44,863 nucleotides of DNA from Macrostomum lignano. Taxonomy: Eukaryota. The notes under the pieces were generated by a model. The model was not told where the DNA came from, did no database searches, and worked only from the letters and a program-made list of their open reading frames with translations. Made by a program: the position numbers and the translations under genes. This document shows positions 23,318 to 36,400 of this stretch, in pieces. The stretch's first letter is position 1, and every line of letters begins with the position of its first letter. The stretch spans positions 1 to 44,863 of the forward strand of contig NIVC01001949.1 in NCBI GenBank assembly GCA_002269645.1, given 5' to 3'.

Positions 23318-23850
23318 GCGCGGGAAAGCTCGAATTGGCGCCGGAAGCTAAATTTGGCGCCAGGATCGCCGAATCAGCGCTGGAATGCTGAAATCAGCGC
23401 GAGAGGACCCAAACTAGCCCTGGAAAGCTCAAAATAGCGCTGGAAAGCTCAAATTGGCGCGGGAAAGCTCGAATTGGCGCCGGAAGCTAAATTTCGCGCC
23501 AGGATCCCCAAATTTGCGCCAGGAACCCCAAATCAACTCAAGAAGGCCCAAACCAGCCCTAGGAAGCTCAAACTAGCCCTGGAAAGCTCAAACTAGCGCT
23601 GGAAAGCTCAAATTGGCGCGGGAAAGCTCGAATTGGCGCCGGAAGCTAAATTTGGCGCCAGGATCCCAAAATTGGCGCCAGGAACCCCAAATTAACTCAA
23701 GAAGGCCCAAACCAGCCCTAGGAAGCTCAAACTAGCCCTGGAAAGCTCAAACTAGCGCTGGAAAGCTCAAATTGGCGCGGGAAAGCTCGAATTGGCGCCG
23801 GAAGCTAAATTTGGCGCCAGGATCCCCAAATTGGCGCCAGGATCGCCGAA
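23318..23850. repeat. GC-rich ~20-bp minisatellite with ~159-bp higher-order period
   Basis: GGGAAAGCTCGAATTGGCGC recurs at 23322, 23461, 23620 and 23779. Confidence 0.92.
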
Positions 23851-24915
23851 TCTGTCTGTCTGCCCGTTTATCTGTCCTTCTCCGTGTTTTTCTGTCTCTC
23901 TGTGTGTCTGTACAGGTGTCTGGACTGTACATGTATGGTTCCAAAAAATTAAATTTTGTGTGTTGAAAAACAAATGGTGTCCTATGGCAACTTACCAATG
24001 ATGGAAGGGCTGGCCGCCTCGCCCTCGTCCCCCGCCTCGCCCGCCCCGCAAGCCGAATCCAGTATTTCTGTAAAGTTCAAAAGTCGCAATGTAAGTTTTT
24101 TTGAGAGGCGCGCAATTTGTTCTATCAAGATATTTCGGGTGGGGCGGGGATGGGACGTGAATAAGGTCTCTGATAGCGAGAACATTAGAACCAGAGAACA
24201 AGTGTAAGTTTTACTCTGAGAACTGTTGTTTATTTCATTTATAGTAAATTGCTTATTAACTCTAAACTGCTCAGCTTTTGATGCACAGAGACGTTATACA
24301 TAAACTATAGTTGTGTTGTGTATGAGGCTATTCTGAGATTAACATGAGGAAATCAGATAGGAAGATATGACATTCAGGGATAAGGATGTGAGAATCAGGA
24401 AATCTGGAGATTCGGGGATGCCTTCTCTGACCAGCTACTAAGTAGACAAAGTAGACTAAGTAGCTACGAAATGTGTCGATTTTAGATTTTGGGTTCTGAA
24501 GGGGCATCCACTGAAGGATCTGAGGGGGCACCCACTGAAGGACCTGAGGGACCAGCCAGTGCAGCCACTGAAGGAACTGCTGGGCATCTAAAAGGTGTTT
24601 GACAGTGCTGAGAATTAATGAGGTCTTTAGCATAGAGGGGGAGGGATTTTACACCTGAAAATCTGAAATCTCCTACGATCTGCCAGCAGCTTCACTTCTG
24701 ATCCCTGCAGCCCTATAGCCTTCTTTTGCTAGCCTGCATATGTATAAGGTATCACCCCATGGACTGATTTATCTGGACCACATACAAGACTGAGGACTGT
24801 GTTGATGGGCCGAGACGAAGCCGATCTAGTTACGATTTAAATCGTAAATGAAAGAAATTAGACTGCATATTTAGGAGTATACATTTTAGCATTCAATATT
24901 TGAAAAATATCTTAC

Positions 24916-24974
24916 CCAGCCAGCTGGCCCAGCAGCTGGGCTTGGAGCAGCTGCAGGCGGGCGACGGTTTGCAT
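24916..24974 (-). other. Candidate 59-nt micro-exon of the minus-strand gene
   Basis: ATTTATTTCCAG|ATGCAAAC...GGCTGG|GTAAGA, a GC-rich island between canonical splice signals. Confidence 0.45.
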
Positions 24975-25204
24975 CTGGAAATAAATTAATATTTACACAA
25001 ATAAGCTTGCTGAATTTAATTCTGTGTAATGTAATGTCCTAGTGCCTGACCATCAATCTGAAAGCTCAGTAAAGCTTATTCTAACTTGAGACTGTGTCTG
25101 GAATCTGAGATCTGGAACCTGAAATCTGGAATCTGAGATCTGGGATCTGGAACCTGAAATCTGGAATCTGAGATCTAGATAGAAAAGATATATATAGAAA
25201 TGAT

Positions 25205-25477
25205 TTAGGCAGCAAATGCACGTACTAATGTCTCTCTTTTGCGGACGCGGGCCCAGCGGCGGCCCGCCCGCCGTCTGGCAGCCGCCTCCGCCGGTGCTGC
25301 CTCCGCCGGTGCTGCCTCCGCCGGAGCCGCCGCCGGAGCCGCCGCCGGAGCTGCCTCCGGAGCTGCCTCCGGAGCTGCCTCCGCCGCCGCCGGAGCTGCC
25401 TCCGCCGCAGCCTCAGCCTCGGCGGCCCAGTCAACAGGGCCCCTTTTTGAGGCCCTCTTTCTATTTTTTTTTGCCAT
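25205..25477 (-). other. Ala/Glu/Pro-rich low-complexity ORF, possible exon
   Basis: GC-rich island (AAEAAP repeats) with a nearby TTTGCAG acceptor-like site, flanked by 7-bp GATCTGG/A repeats (25100-25180, 25860-25960). May be non-coding. Confidence 0.3.
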
Positions 25478-26371
25478 TGCTGCAAATGATTACAGAAATT
25501 CTATTATATAAAATTCTAATCCTTTCGAAATTTATATTTTTATATACTAAATATGGGAGAAATGGAAGAAGTGACAGATAGGGTGAATAGGGAAAAATGG
25601 GAGAGAAGTGACCTATAGGGTGAATAGGGAAAAGAAATGGGAGAGAAGTGAGAGCTGGGGTGCATTGGGAGATGGGAGAGAGATGATACACGATAGAGGA
25701 GGGAGTCAGTAGAAAGAAAGAGGAGACAGAGAAGAGAAGAGGGAGTTGGAGTCGTGGGAGTTCTAATACACAGGTATTTTCATGAGAAAACAAGACATTA
25801 AGAATATATGCACAATATAGGTAATGACTGTTGTATTTTGTATATTTAAAAGTTTAGAATCCCGGGATCTGGGATCTGAAATCTGAGACTGGGATCTGAG
25901 ATCTGGGATCTGAGATCTGATATATGAAATCTGAGATCTGAAATCTGGGAGATCTGGGATTTAACTAGCTATATACTAACTGTGATTGTTAGCCAACTCT
26001 GTTTTTGTGAACAGGGTTGTTGCCTCTCCTGCACCACGCAGAGGTCATCACAACGCAGGAGTGGGGATCTGGATGTATGCAAAGTGACAATAATTACCCC
26101 AGCAAAGTATACAGAATTGATTTGCAAAGTGGGCAAAGTCACAGCAGTGAACCAGATCTTCTGCCACAGCATTTTCTGCAAAGCGGCCAGTCTTGCAAAG
26201 AGACTGAGGATTGCTTTACTGAGTATAACATCAGTTAAGTTTTAAACAGACAGTTTTTTGGCTCTTAATTCGAATAGATGCATGCTTAACTATAGCGAAA
26301 AGCAGCCGAGCGGCCAAATAAACTGATAGTAGTCGGATTGGCTCTCGTCTCTATAGCTGAATGAGACATAC

Positions 26372-27327
26372 CTGTTTGATTACTGTTAACACTTGAGACG
26401 CAGGCGTTAGTCAGTACAATAGCAGCTCCCTGCGGCTGCGCTTGCACTGTTGCACTGCTGTCTTCCATGTGAAAAAATTCTCGATAAGCACTGATTCCAG
26501 GTCCAAGCTCGTAGTTATCAAACTCATCAGGTTTGTCTGCCGGGATGTTCACTTCAGCACTCGTGGCTGGTGTTGCAGTAGCCGTGGCAGGTGTTGCAGT
26601 TGCAGCGGCCGTGGCAGGTGTAGCAGTTGCAGCGGCCGTGGCAGGTGTAGCAGTTGCAGCGGCCGTGGCAGGTGTAGCGGCGCTCGAATGCCCTGCACTT
26701 TCAATAAGATCAGAATGTTGGTAATTGACAAATACCAAATCCGTATTTTCCAACTTTTCAACCAACTGAACACATTCCGCCCTGTTTAAATGATGGGGTG
26801 ACTTGAAATCGAGAGAAAATCTTCCGCGTGCAAATCTGGTTTTGTTTCGCTTGTCACTCTCCATTTGCTTCCATGGAATCGGGCCTCTGTTTCCAGCTCT
26901 CTTGAAAGCAGTCGTTGCTTTCTCCTGGATTGACAGTCTCAGCTTCTTCACATCACGAAAAGCGTTGGAAGGTCCGGTAGCTTCAGCTGAACTGATGCTT
27001 CTGTCGTAGCTTCCATTCGGGCTTGAGAGGCGATTTTTTCTTCTCGATAATATTCCTCTCCTTTCTTGATGATATCAGAAAGCTGTTTCACCGCTGCAGT
27101 TAATTCCTCTTGAACTCGGGAAGATACTCCATCAGATACGTAACATTCGGGCATATCTGTTGGTATGGATGGAGGAATAACGACGCAGAAAGATTTTTGA
27201 GCTCGTTTCAAGTCGACCAGAATGCTGCTTTTAAAATCTCTCGGACGATCTTTAGCCCTCTGCCTAAGAGCGTTTTTCTCGTCCTGCGTAAGAGCCTGGT
27301 ATTCAGCCTTGAGGGCAGGTGTCCATT
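26372..27327 (-). CDS. Large exon of an unidentified minus-strand gene (one apparent 1-nt deletion near 27000-26950)
   Basis: Acceptor TTACTTTTAG|AATGG and donor CAG|GTATGT. Two long overlapping open frames (WTPALKAEYQALTQDEKNALRQRAK... and VKKLRLSIQEK...SNQT). The 956 nt are one base short of a phase1-phase1 exon. Contains a 27-bp (TPATAAATA) coding repeat at ~26565-26680. Confidence 0.65.
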
Positions 27328-27380
27328 CTAAAAGTAATTGTGGAATGTATGGGATATACAGAAATCGTAGATTCAGATTC

Positions 27381-28075
27381 AGACGGACACACAGAGAGAC
27401 AGACAGACGGACAGACAGACAGACGGACACTCTGACAGACAGACACTCTGACAGACAGACAGACAGACAGACAGAAAGACGGACAGACACTCTGACAGAC
27501 AGACAGACAGACAGAAAAACAGACACACTCTGACAGACAGACAGACAGACAGACAGACAGAAAGACAGAAATACAGACAGACAGAAAGACAGACATACAG
27601 ACAGACAGACAGAAAGACGGATAGACACTCTGACAGACACAGACAGACAGACAGACACTCTGACAGACAGACAGACAGACAGAAAAACAGACACACTCTG
27701 ACAGGCAGACAGACAGACAGACAGACAGAAAGACAGAAATACAGACAGACAGAAAGACAGACATACAGACAGACAGACAGAAAGACAGACGTACAAACAG
27801 ACAGACAGACAGACAGACAGAAATACAGACAGACAGACATACAGACAGACAGACAGAAAGACAGACAGACAGACAGAAAGACAGACGTACAAACAGACAG
27901 ACAGACAGACAGACAGAAATACAGACAAACAGAAATACAGACAGACAGACAGACAGACAGACAGAAAGACAGACAGACAGACAGACAGACAGAAAGACAG
28001 AAAGACAGACAGACAGACAGACGGACAGACACTCTGACAGACGGACAGACAGACAGAAAGACAGACATACAGACA
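27381..28075. repeat. (GACA)n microsatellite filling an intron of the minus-strand gene
   Basis: Seen directly. Confidence 0.96.
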
Positions 28076-28127
28076 CGACACAGGGATAACTAGAAATATT
28101 TGACCAGACTAAAAAATTTTTACTCAC

Positions 28128-28178
28128 TTGCACCTCCGTGCTCGCTCAAAAACTGTGTGGCTGCCGTGTGAACCATAT
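28128..28178 (-). CDS. 51-nt exon joining in frame to the 27327 exon
   Basis: ACTCTCAG|ATATGG...GGTGCAA|GTGAGT. Symmetric phase 1; the spliced product reads MVHTAATQFLSEHGGAK|WTPALK. Confidence 0.55.
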
Positions 28179-28654
28179 CTGAGAGTAAAAGTTGTAGGGA
28201 ATAATTTCTCTTACGACTGTGTAATAAACAACAACAGAAAAACTGTTTTGTTGAGCATGATTTCTACCCCTAGAATCCCTGTAATTATTTTTATTACGCT
28301 GAATTGTAGTTCACTTAAAACATACACACAAACAACGCGTCAGTTTTAGTTTTTGGAATCATAGAGTTGTAATTAGACTTTGGAATATTTAATGACTTAG
28401 ATCATAGCGATTCAAACTAAGGCCCTTAATATAAAATCACTGAAATTTGCAGAATATGACAACGATCACTTAGCTAAGCTACTTAGTACTTTTTGTACTT
28501 TTTTGTCTTGATCGCCTGTCTGTCTTAAAATTGCCCAGCGATTAAAATTCGCTGGAGCTGGAGTGGCGACACTGCACCCGATTTAAAATTCAAATCAATT
28601 ACGCTTCTTTATTCTAGAAATTCAATTTCTTCCAAAGTCTCTAAAAGTCTCTTG

Positions 28655-29340
28655 ATCTTCTACTCTCCTCTCCCCTCTACTCTACTCTCCCCCCTCTACT
28701 CTACTTTCCTCTCCCCTTCCCCTCTACTCTACTCTCCTCTTCCCTCCCCCTCTACTCTACTCTTCTCTCCCCTCCTCCTCTACTCTACTCTCCTCTCCCC
28801 CCCTCTACTTTACTCTCCTCTACCCTTAACTCTACTCTCCCCTCCCCCTCTACTCTACTGTCCCCTCCCCCCTCTACTCGACTCTCCTCTCCCCCCTCTA
28901 CTCGACTCTCCTCTCCCCTCCTACTCTACTCTACTCTCCTCTCCCCCCTCTACTTTACCCTCCTCTACCCTCTACTCTACTCTCCTCTTCCCTCCCCTTC
29001 TACTCGACTCTCCTCTCCCCTCCCCCTCTACTCTACTCTCCTCTTCCCTCACCCTCTACTCTACTCTTCTCTCCCCTCCTCCTCTACTCTACTCTCCTCT
29101 CCCCCCTCTACTTTACTCTCCTCTACCCTCTACTCTACTCTCCTCTCCCCTCTACTCTCTGCTCTCTCCTCTCCCCTCCATCTCTACTCTACGTTTCTAC
29201 TCTCCTCTCTTCACCTCTCCTTTCCCCCTCTACTCCTCTACTCTATTCTTCTCTCCTCAGCTCACCTCTCTACTCTCTCCACACTTCTACTCTCTACTTT
29301 TCCCTCCTTATCTTTCCTCTTTCTTCTCTCCTCTCTCCGT
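28655..29340. repeat. Pyrimidine-rich (CTCTA/CTCC) low-complexity array
   Basis: Seen directly. Confidence 0.93.
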
Positions 29341-30445
29341 ACTCTGGCCCGAAGTCATGCGCTAAGTTGTCAATCTAGCCCTTGACGGCTTGAAGTAAAA
29401 ATTTTGCCGACGTCTAAGTTAATGAACAAACAAACTGAAACAAGCAAGGATCTATAATGACACTTAGCTTCTGCGTTGACTCGAAAATAGACGCCTAAGT
29501 AGAAAGTGTAGAAAAAGTGAGAGTTGAATTAGAAAATTAGAAAGAAGTAAGAAAATTATTGAGTAAGAGAGTGTAGGAAGGAAACTGAGTTTCAGTTGGA
29601 AGTGTTTAGAGTTTAGACTGGAGACTGCAGACTGCAGAGTTAGAGTTCGACGAGCTTTCCAACCGGTTCAAATCGGTTTATACTGGACAGATTGCTTTGT
29701 CTGCTTTCTGGGAATTTTCCACTCCCCATTTTCCATTTGAGGTGGGGTGGAGAAGAAGAATTTTTTGGTCGGTCGGTTTTTTTTGAAAATTTGCTGACAT
29801 CAATGAGGTGGAGCGGATTCCTCGTTTGAATTGCCGCCGGCGTTGTTGAAACACGAATAAAGCCGGAAAAACTCGCGCAGATAATCTCAATGAATTTCTT
29901 CTCCTTTTACTCCGACAGCCGGGTTCTCAAGTCCGGGGGGAGGGTAGTTGTAATCGTAGCGGAGCGGTCGTAGAGCGGCACGGTCGTTCAGTTGTAGAAC
30001 ACAGGAGATTCTGTCTCCGTAAATTAATGCGTCGATGAGTTGAACTTGTTACTTTTAGTAGGGTAGTTGCTGCCACCACCGTAATTTACGTATTACGGAA
30101 CGTTAATGTCTCAGAGCTTCTTGGAGATGAGAACTTGGTTTGTTTTACGCCCCGTGGGCAAATAACTCAAGATAGGCTATGGGCTTAATGAATTAGTTAT
30201 GGAACAATATTAGCGAAATATTATTATTATTATTTTTGTTTAACTGAATATTATAGTAATGAAGATTATAGTTTAGCAGGCAGGTAAAAAGTTAATTAAG
30301 CACGACGAAGATAATTTCTCGAACAGAGCCGCGGTGCACTAAAAGATTAAGATACGGCTTATAAAAATATTACTAAAGTCAGTCAGTCGGTCCGGGAGCC
30401 GGGGCGGAGGCTTCCTTAAAGAAAAGTTGAGAGAGAGGGTGTGAG

Positions 30446-33400
30446 TAGGGGGCGACCCAGTCCCGGGCCCGGGCCCGAAAAGTCGGGAATCCCGACCAAA
30501 ATCGTGGCCCGACCCGGGCCCGGGCCCGAACCTAAAAAAGTCGGGAAATCGGGACAAGTCTTTTTTCCCTAAAGGCACTAACCGCGTGCGAATAAGAAAA
30601 AATTATTTTTCAACACATTCACACCAATTTACCCTTAATTCCAGCCCCAGGAAAATGCAACTGCAACTGCAAGGCATGACTGCATGAGGCATCTCTGTCT
30701 CTGGTCGGTCACTGACCTCACCTCGACCTCACCTGACCTGACTGTGAGCGGTCTGTGATTCTATGAAGCTGTCGGTCACTCACTGTCACTGGTGACTGGT
30801 GTCAGTCAAGCTCAAGCCTGTCTGCCCTGCCCCGGCTGTCCGTGAAGTTCGGTGATGTCTGGTGCTGCTCCCATCCCGATTCCCGATGTCCAGTCCAGGT
30901 CCAGGCTGCCAAGTCCGAGTGCCGATGCCGACTCCCGTTCCCGTTCCGTCACCGTCCTGAGTCTTGGACAGCTGGACTCCTGTCCTGAGTCCTGACTCCC
31001 ACTCGAGCTTGAGTCAAGTAACCCACTCACTTAACTAAACAGTCAGATTCGAATTTTCGAGTGTACATGTACGACAATAAAATTACATACTGTTTAAAAT
31101 TGATGATACATATCATACAATATACATACAATATAGATATATGTATATATATATATGTAATACTGATAGACTGATAGTGATATCATATCTGATACCGATT
31201 TATTGAAATTGACATCGTAAAAGATTACTGACTTCTGAGTTTTGACTTTTTCCTTTTTTATCACTTTCGTTTCGTCTGGACTCCTGGAGTGGAGAAGAGA
31301 AGTTGAGTGGAGGCCGAGGCCCGAGGGTGGACTGGACTGGACTTTGAACTTTCTGGGCTCGTGGAGTGGAGTCGTGTCGTGTCTGAGGCGTGAGTCGTGA
31401 CTTGTGACTGATTCGTGATTCGCGAGTTTTGTTTTGACCGTGACGGTGACTCGTGATTGTGTAGTGACTCGTGAGTCGTGATCGTGACTCCGTAAGTGAC
31501 GGACTACAGACGGAGTGCTAAAAATTACAGCTATGACGCCTATGAGCTACAGGCTACAGCAGACAGACCAGAGTTGCATAAGTCATGACTTATGATTGAT
31601 GACACGTTCACGTGCAAAAGACAAATGACTAAATGAATAAGTCAATTCCTCAAATGACAATTGCGTAAAACTTTGATTTGACTAAAAAATTATTCGTAAA
31701 ATTACACAAAATGGCAATGCAATTGTGCAAGCAAGGACTTTATTGATAAATTAAGGCAAGGCAAACGAGCCAGCAGAAAAAGAGTTAAGAATTAAGGAGC
31801 CTTAGACTTGGAGTTAGTAATACTTGTCACTGTCAGTACTAGATGCTACTATGTTTTCTTTAAAAGTTTTTTAGTTTTCTGTTATAAAATACTTTCTTAA
31901 AAAGTTTAAACCTAGTAGTACTAGTCGTAGTAGCATCATAGATTCATAGTACACAACACAAGATAAAACAAAGTACGACTCAAAGTAAACAAAGTACACA
32001 AAACTAAGTACGACGTACTACGACGACTACTACTAGTCTACGTCTACGAGTTTACGAGGTACGACTACGAGTAACAGAACAGTCACGGACTCACGGTCCC
32101 ACGGAATAAATCGAATAGGAAAAAGGATGTAGGAAATTAGGAATAGATTAGTCCGAACTGATTATAATCACCGACTGACCGACCGGCTCACCTACACTTC
32201 ATACAAATACAATCCCTACGGCATACGCCCAGTGTTGCCACTCGAAAAAGACCTAATTTAGCGCAGCACAGCACTAATTTTTGCTAAATGTTGCATATTT
32301 TCTTTCATTTAAAATCGCTTGCAGTTTGCACTATGGACGCGCATCAAAATTGGTTAAAATCAATTAACGAATAAAAACAGTGCAGCAGGTAGTTGGTTAG
32401 TGACAGGAGAGAGGGAGGGGAGGGGAGAGGCAGAGACAGGGAGGGGTAGAGAGAGAGGGAGAGAGAGACGGAGAGGGAGAGACGTTGAGGGGGAGAGGGA
32501 GAGTCGGGGCGACACATGCTAGGCTAAAATAGCGCCGTTATTTTAGCGAAACTTGTAGACATAATTGATGAGCGGCAAATTAATTTGACAGAAAACTAAC
32601 TTTTCAAGGGTAGAAGGCTTTAATGAAGCCCGGTTGTCACAGAAAACATTGGACGCGATACTAAAGAGCCGCTCGCTGGCGACACTCGTAGCAGGAACAC
32701 AGCAGTAGTGGCGAACAATCGGCTTCAGAAGTTCCAGTTCAGCTTCAGGCTTAGCCCAAAAGTGTAGAGGGTTGCTGGAAAGAGGCTCCAGTTCGCTAGA
32801 CCAGAAGCTAGCTAGCCTATTCTTCCAGACAGCCGACCTTTTCGTTTTGCGGCGGCGACGCAGTGCTGATGCTGATGAGCTCGACGTCGACGATGCATCA
32901 GCAGCTGTAGTAGCTGCGCATGCGCGTTGTTGACTGTGTACGAGATGCAGAAGCTTCTGCGGCGGAGGGGCTGCTGCTGCTGGTGCCGAATCGTCGTCGC
33001 CATAGTCATTGTCACTGTTGTCGGAGTTGTCACGGGCACGGCCCACAAGAGCATCGTCCATCTTGTCGAGTTGGTGATCAATGGCTTGAAGAACTATTTC
33101 TGCAGCGCTTGATTTGTCAGGAAACCAATCGAGTTGAAAAAGCGGATCGAGAGCAGTGGCAACCATCAGGAAGGTTGTGTTGCAGTTGCCACCGTCAAGG
33201 TCGAATTCGAATCGTCGATCAATTTCGTTTGACAAGATCATTTGAATATTTTCGATAGAACGCCTTGCTTTAGCCGACATCCCTGCTCGTACAGGAGTGA
33301 CGCGTGCCAGAGAATTTTGCAGCAAACTCCCCAACGGAATCATCAATGACACTGATGAGTCTGCTTTGCTTACCATAAGGGTAGCATCGTCGAAAACGCT

Positions 33401-36400
33401 TAGCAGCTCAATAATGCATTCACAGCATTGAAACTCATCCGGGCGGAGAGAAGTAAAGTTAGCTGCTTCCGTTGAGTAGATTCCAATTGCTCTTTTGAGC
33501 TCCAATATCCGCTGAAGCATGTGCAAAGTTGAGTTCCAACGCGTGGAAACATCAAGTATTAGAGCCTTTATTTGGCGCTTGCTGTCACTGTCTTCCCTCT
33601 CAAGATCAAAAGTCTCAGCCTCAGGCTCAGCAGTTGCACTTGCACTCAAATAAAGATTCTTTTGAATCTCCTCAAATCTGGTGCATGCAGGCGATGAACG
33701 GTGAAAGTGGTGCACCATTTGTCGACAGGTGTTCAGAAGCTCTTTAATGTATTCATCATAATCCAGTGCAGCCTGCACAATTAAGTTCAGTTTGTGTGCA
33801 GCGCATCCAAAGTGTTCAACTTGCTGATCAAGGCTTAAATCTAGCACAGCTCTGCGCATGTTTGCTGCATGATCAGTGACGGCGGCAATCGTTTTGTTTT
33901 CGAGATCCCACTCATGCAACAACTCTCTCAGCTTTTGACTTAGAAAAGCTGCTGTGTGATTCTCATCCAGGATAGTAGCCGCCAAGACTGTTGAGAAGTT
34001 GGTCATGTCGGCTGAAATAGCATGAACAGTTAGGCTAATGATTGACTTTCGCTTCTCTGACCAAATGTCTGAAGTCACTGCAGCATCATCAACTTTTGCC
34101 AAGATAAGCCTGATGGCAGCAGCGACACCATCATACATTCCAGGTAGCCTGGTGCGGTAAAACTTTTCGGTTTTTATCTGGTAGCTTGGAATAGCTTCAG
34201 CCAATAGTCGCTGGAAGCCAGGCCCTTGAACAAATTTAAATGGCTGCTGATCAGTTGCAATCATTTCAGTTATTAGCTGGTAAAAAATAAGTGACCTCTT
34301 GTGGTTAGCTGGCCACTTTGGCTTTGGATAGCAGTCCTCAATTGTTCGTTGCACTTGCTGTGAACTTGGAACAGCAGTTGTGGTCATGGTAATGGCAGAG
34401 GCAGTTGCACTGTTGTCAATGGTCATTGTAGTACTAGCACTAGTACCAGCTCCAGCAGTTGCATATGAGTCATAATATGACACTATGCTCTGCTGCCGCT
34501 GCCTTTGCACTTGTACTTGCAGTTGCAGATTGACTTCCTCTTCTTCTCTGATTTCAATTTTGTGCACTCTAGCAAGATGTCGTTTAAGTCCTGATGTGCT
34601 TGAATATTTTACAGCATACACTTGCTTACAAATTTTGCACTGAGCCTTTTGCTCACCCAAAACTTCAATTTTTTCATAGTGCTTCCAAACAGCAGAACTT
34701 GCCATGTAGATGAGCAGTAGCAGTTCAGTGTTAAGTGAAATTGCAGATCCAAAAGCTAGGCTGAAATTTTTTAATAAAAGTTTTTTGAATATTAAAAAAG
34801 AAAAATTATAGAATGTAGTAGGCTGTCAAAGTCACTAGCAATGACTCAATTCTTATATGCCATGGTCAATTGGTCAATTGGTCAATAACTCTATTGGTCA
34901 CTGGTCAGTCATGCTTATACTCATACTAATAGTAATAGTTAATTAGATATAAAAATCTATTTAAAAATCTGTATTAGTTAATAACTAATACATACTACAT
35001 GCTACATACGTCAGTCAGGTCACAGACTCACAGGCACATTATAAAATGAATAAATCATTTCAATTGTAATTTCAAGAATCAAGACAATATGCCTTGACAA
35101 TTAGCCTACAAGTCAAATTTAAAGCAATAGATGTCTACAAGACATAAAAAAATTAAATAAGTTTAAATTCATCAATAGTATAATATTTAGTTATAATATT
35201 AACAATTATATTTTATACTTTAAATAAACTGACAAAATTAAAATTTATTTACTAGTTCATAACCAGTGAAAATCTAAGGCCTGTCTAGGACCAGAGCTGA
35301 TGCTGTGGGCTGTGGCTTTACATTTGCAATGCTGACTGAAAGACTACAAAGTTACAGACTTCACTAGTCCAGTACAGTTCACAAACTCAGTATTTCTAGT
35401 ATTTAAATTTTAAAATCACTGCTAGGCTAGTGCTATAAGTATCGAGTAATTATTACTGTCACTTTCGTTAGAATTATACAGTGTAGTGTAGTGTACTCTA
35501 ATCAATAATCATTTCATCGTCATCCGTCATGTCAGGTCAGTGGTCAGGACTCATGACTCAGGATCAGGACAGCACAACACTCAGTTAAGCATCGCATCAG
35601 TAATAGTAATAGATTTAGTATATTTAGATGATATGATGTGAAGTAGCAATATCATTGATTCGTAGTAGGCTCTTAGCGTGAGCGTCTGTGACCGTGAGCG
35701 TCAGCCACAGCCAGTTTCCACTTTCCAGGAAGATCGGATTTTTTTCCAGGAAGATAAAATTAAAACATAGTTTTGCAATACTTTTTTGCAATATTGATTC
35801 CACTTTACACGCTGCAGGCTGCAGCCTAAAAGCAAAAATATGATTCTTTAAAAAGTTTATTTGTCATTTTTAAGCTTTTGTAAATAACATTTCCTATTTA
35901 CATTCCAAGAAGGCTACCATTTTTCCAAGAAGTTTGCTATCTATTAGAGTTTGTAATCGTGTTCATATTTGTATCGTAGGTAGTCGTAGTCGTAGACTTG
36001 TAGTATCGTATTCGTAATCATATTCGTTTAAGTAGGTAGGTGAGCAGGTAGGCAGGTATCAGCTAATTACTTGTATTTCCATTGTCTGTTTGCCTGTTCT
36101 GTTGAGACAGTTGAGTGTTGTGTTGTGTTGTCACTTCACTTGTGTTCTGTTCTGTTATCTTGTCTTGTTGTCTTACTGAATACTGACTGTGTACGAGCTA
36201 CATGGCTCTTTACATTGAAGCTATGTAAAGGAACTAAAAATTCAAATAAAAGAATCAATCAATTGATTTGGTTCTTACTTCCTTACTGCTTCCAATGCCA
36301 AGTGCCTTACACTTAATGCTTCAGCTTTTCTTCTTTTGCTTACTGCCACTGCCAGTGCCAGCCGCACTGCCGCAGTGACTGCTTGCCTACCTCACTGCTT

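Noticed and set aside
27330-28133. Long SVCL-repeat ORFs
   Set aside because: (CTGT)n microsatellite in an intron. Only the part of ORF 26948-28081 below 27327 looks coding.
28652-29365. 237-aa Ser/Pro/Leu ORF
   Set aside because: Pyrimidine-only low-complexity DNA cannot contain stops on this strand.
28561-32243. GAGTGGCGACACTG (28561-28574) and CAGTGTTGCCACTC (32230-32243) as TIRs of one element
   Set aside because: They match 13 of 14 as inverted repeats but face outward, share no TSD and straddle the hAT boundary; treated as orphan ends.
32812-33747. Small ORFs overlapping the transposase
   Set aside because: Alternative-frame or antisense shadows of the real ORF.
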